Shown: positions 63,029-64,000 of the stretch, one piece after another
How positions within the stretch are numbered: position 1 is the first letter of the stretch
Layout of the letters: the number at the start of each line of letters is the position of its first letter
Origin: the human T2T-CHM13v2.0 reference genome, Homo sapiens
Length of the DNA stretch: 64,000 nt
Assembly (NCBI RefSeq): GCF_009914755.1
Contig: NC_060943.1
Reading direction: 5' to 3' (one strand)
Notes under the pieces: generated by a model
Told to the model about the DNA's origin: nothing
Database searches by the model: none
The model's input: the letters and a program-made list of their open reading frames with translations, nothing else
Made by a program: the position numbers and the translations under genes

Positions 63029-63841
63029 ATGTGTTTGCCTGTCTGTACAAGTTGACCCATATCTTGGGGAACCTATAGTGTCATAGTTGTAACCAAACTG
63101 AATAACATGCTTTGTTTATGACTTTCTTTGAGCATTTGTAGCAGAGCATATTCATTCGGGGAGGGAATATTTTACAATAAGGACTTTTATTTCTATTTCT
63201 TAGGTATTCCCCCATAGAAGGGAATAAAATTCGATTTCCTTATCCATTATATCAGGAAAGAAAAAGTAAAACTAAAAACCAGGACATGAGCATTAGCCTT
63301 TCCCTCAAAATGTTTGCACAGTTGCATCCCATTTGCTTCTTCCAAAGTCCACATTCATAAAAAGAAATGGATCTTACATTGTTGCCTCTCAAACATTTAT
63401 ATCGTGTAGGCTTATATGTATGTCTTTAGAAGGCCTTTTATGTAATGACACCATTACTGCTTGTGATTATTCTGATATGATACTTTATCTGTTTTTTTTT
63501 CCTAAATATCACAAGCTATTAAATTTATTTCACAATTGACTAGTAGACCACTTTGTCAATTTGGAAAACATTCTTGTTAAAGACAAACATATCTACATCC
63601 AGAAACTTTCTATACCTTGCTTTCAAAGAGACAGCATTCTTTGCTAGCCTTCCAATTTTGACTCAGTGCAAAAGCCTTAGAAGGATCCAGTGCATAGGTC
63701 TTCATGCTTTCCTTTCACCCCAAGTGATTATCAACTTTGATTTTTCTCTTCAGCAATAACTCACTTGGTGTACCCCTACCTCAGGTACAGCTTTTCAACT
63801 TTGCAGCAAAACTGTACTTTCTAGTTCTTTTTGTATTTCAG

Positions 63842-63891
63842 ATACCTTACTTGTAAAAGCTCTTTTGCTCTATGACCTGGCTCAAACTTAA
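63842..63891 (+). CDS. ZNF226: ZNF226 alternative last exon (DTLLVKALLLYDLAQT*), giving a 94-aa KRAB-only isoform
   Basis: TTCTTTTTGTATTTCAG| acceptor; phase 1; 15+127+93+50=285 nt; consistent with my recollection of a short ZNF226 isoform. Confidence 0.75.
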
Positions 63892-64000
63892 ACTTGGATT
63901 TGAAGTTAGAAGAAATGTTGGAAGTCATTTATATATGAAGAAATGTTGGAAGGACTCATATATGCATACATTCCTTGAGTGACTATGAATGACTGCCGGG

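Overview
Primate (almost certainly human, chr19q13.3-type) KRAB zinc-finger cluster with three tandem + strand paralogues. ZNF225 is complete (4 coding exons, 2121 nt = 706 aa + stop, 17 intact C2H2 fingers). ZNF234 is complete (2103 nt = 700 aa + stop, 18 intact fingers). The 5' part of ZNF226 is present (promoter, ATG exon, KRAB-A, KRAB-B and a short alternative last exon giving a 94-aa KRAB-only product); its finger exon lies beyond the window. Gene names come from recall of the protein sequences, not from a database search. Each gene has a CpG-rich promoter built from repeated ZNF143/THAP11-type (ACTACAnTTCCCAG) motifs plus an ETS site. The rest is dense transposon sequence: many Alus, a full-length antisense L1PB-type LINE with intact TSDs, ERV1/MaLR solo LTRs, Tigger and MER1 elements. 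Most short ORFs in the track are Alu/L1 artefacts. No clearly new biological system is evident. The most interesting signals come from comparing the paralogues: a homologous intronic splice acceptor in three different states, a perfect palindromic 34-bp minisatellite, promoter-motif copy-number expansion, mosaic ancestry of ZNF234, an L1-donated C-terminus and a splice-junction-created uORF. Repeat subfamily names and many repeat boundaries are approximate.
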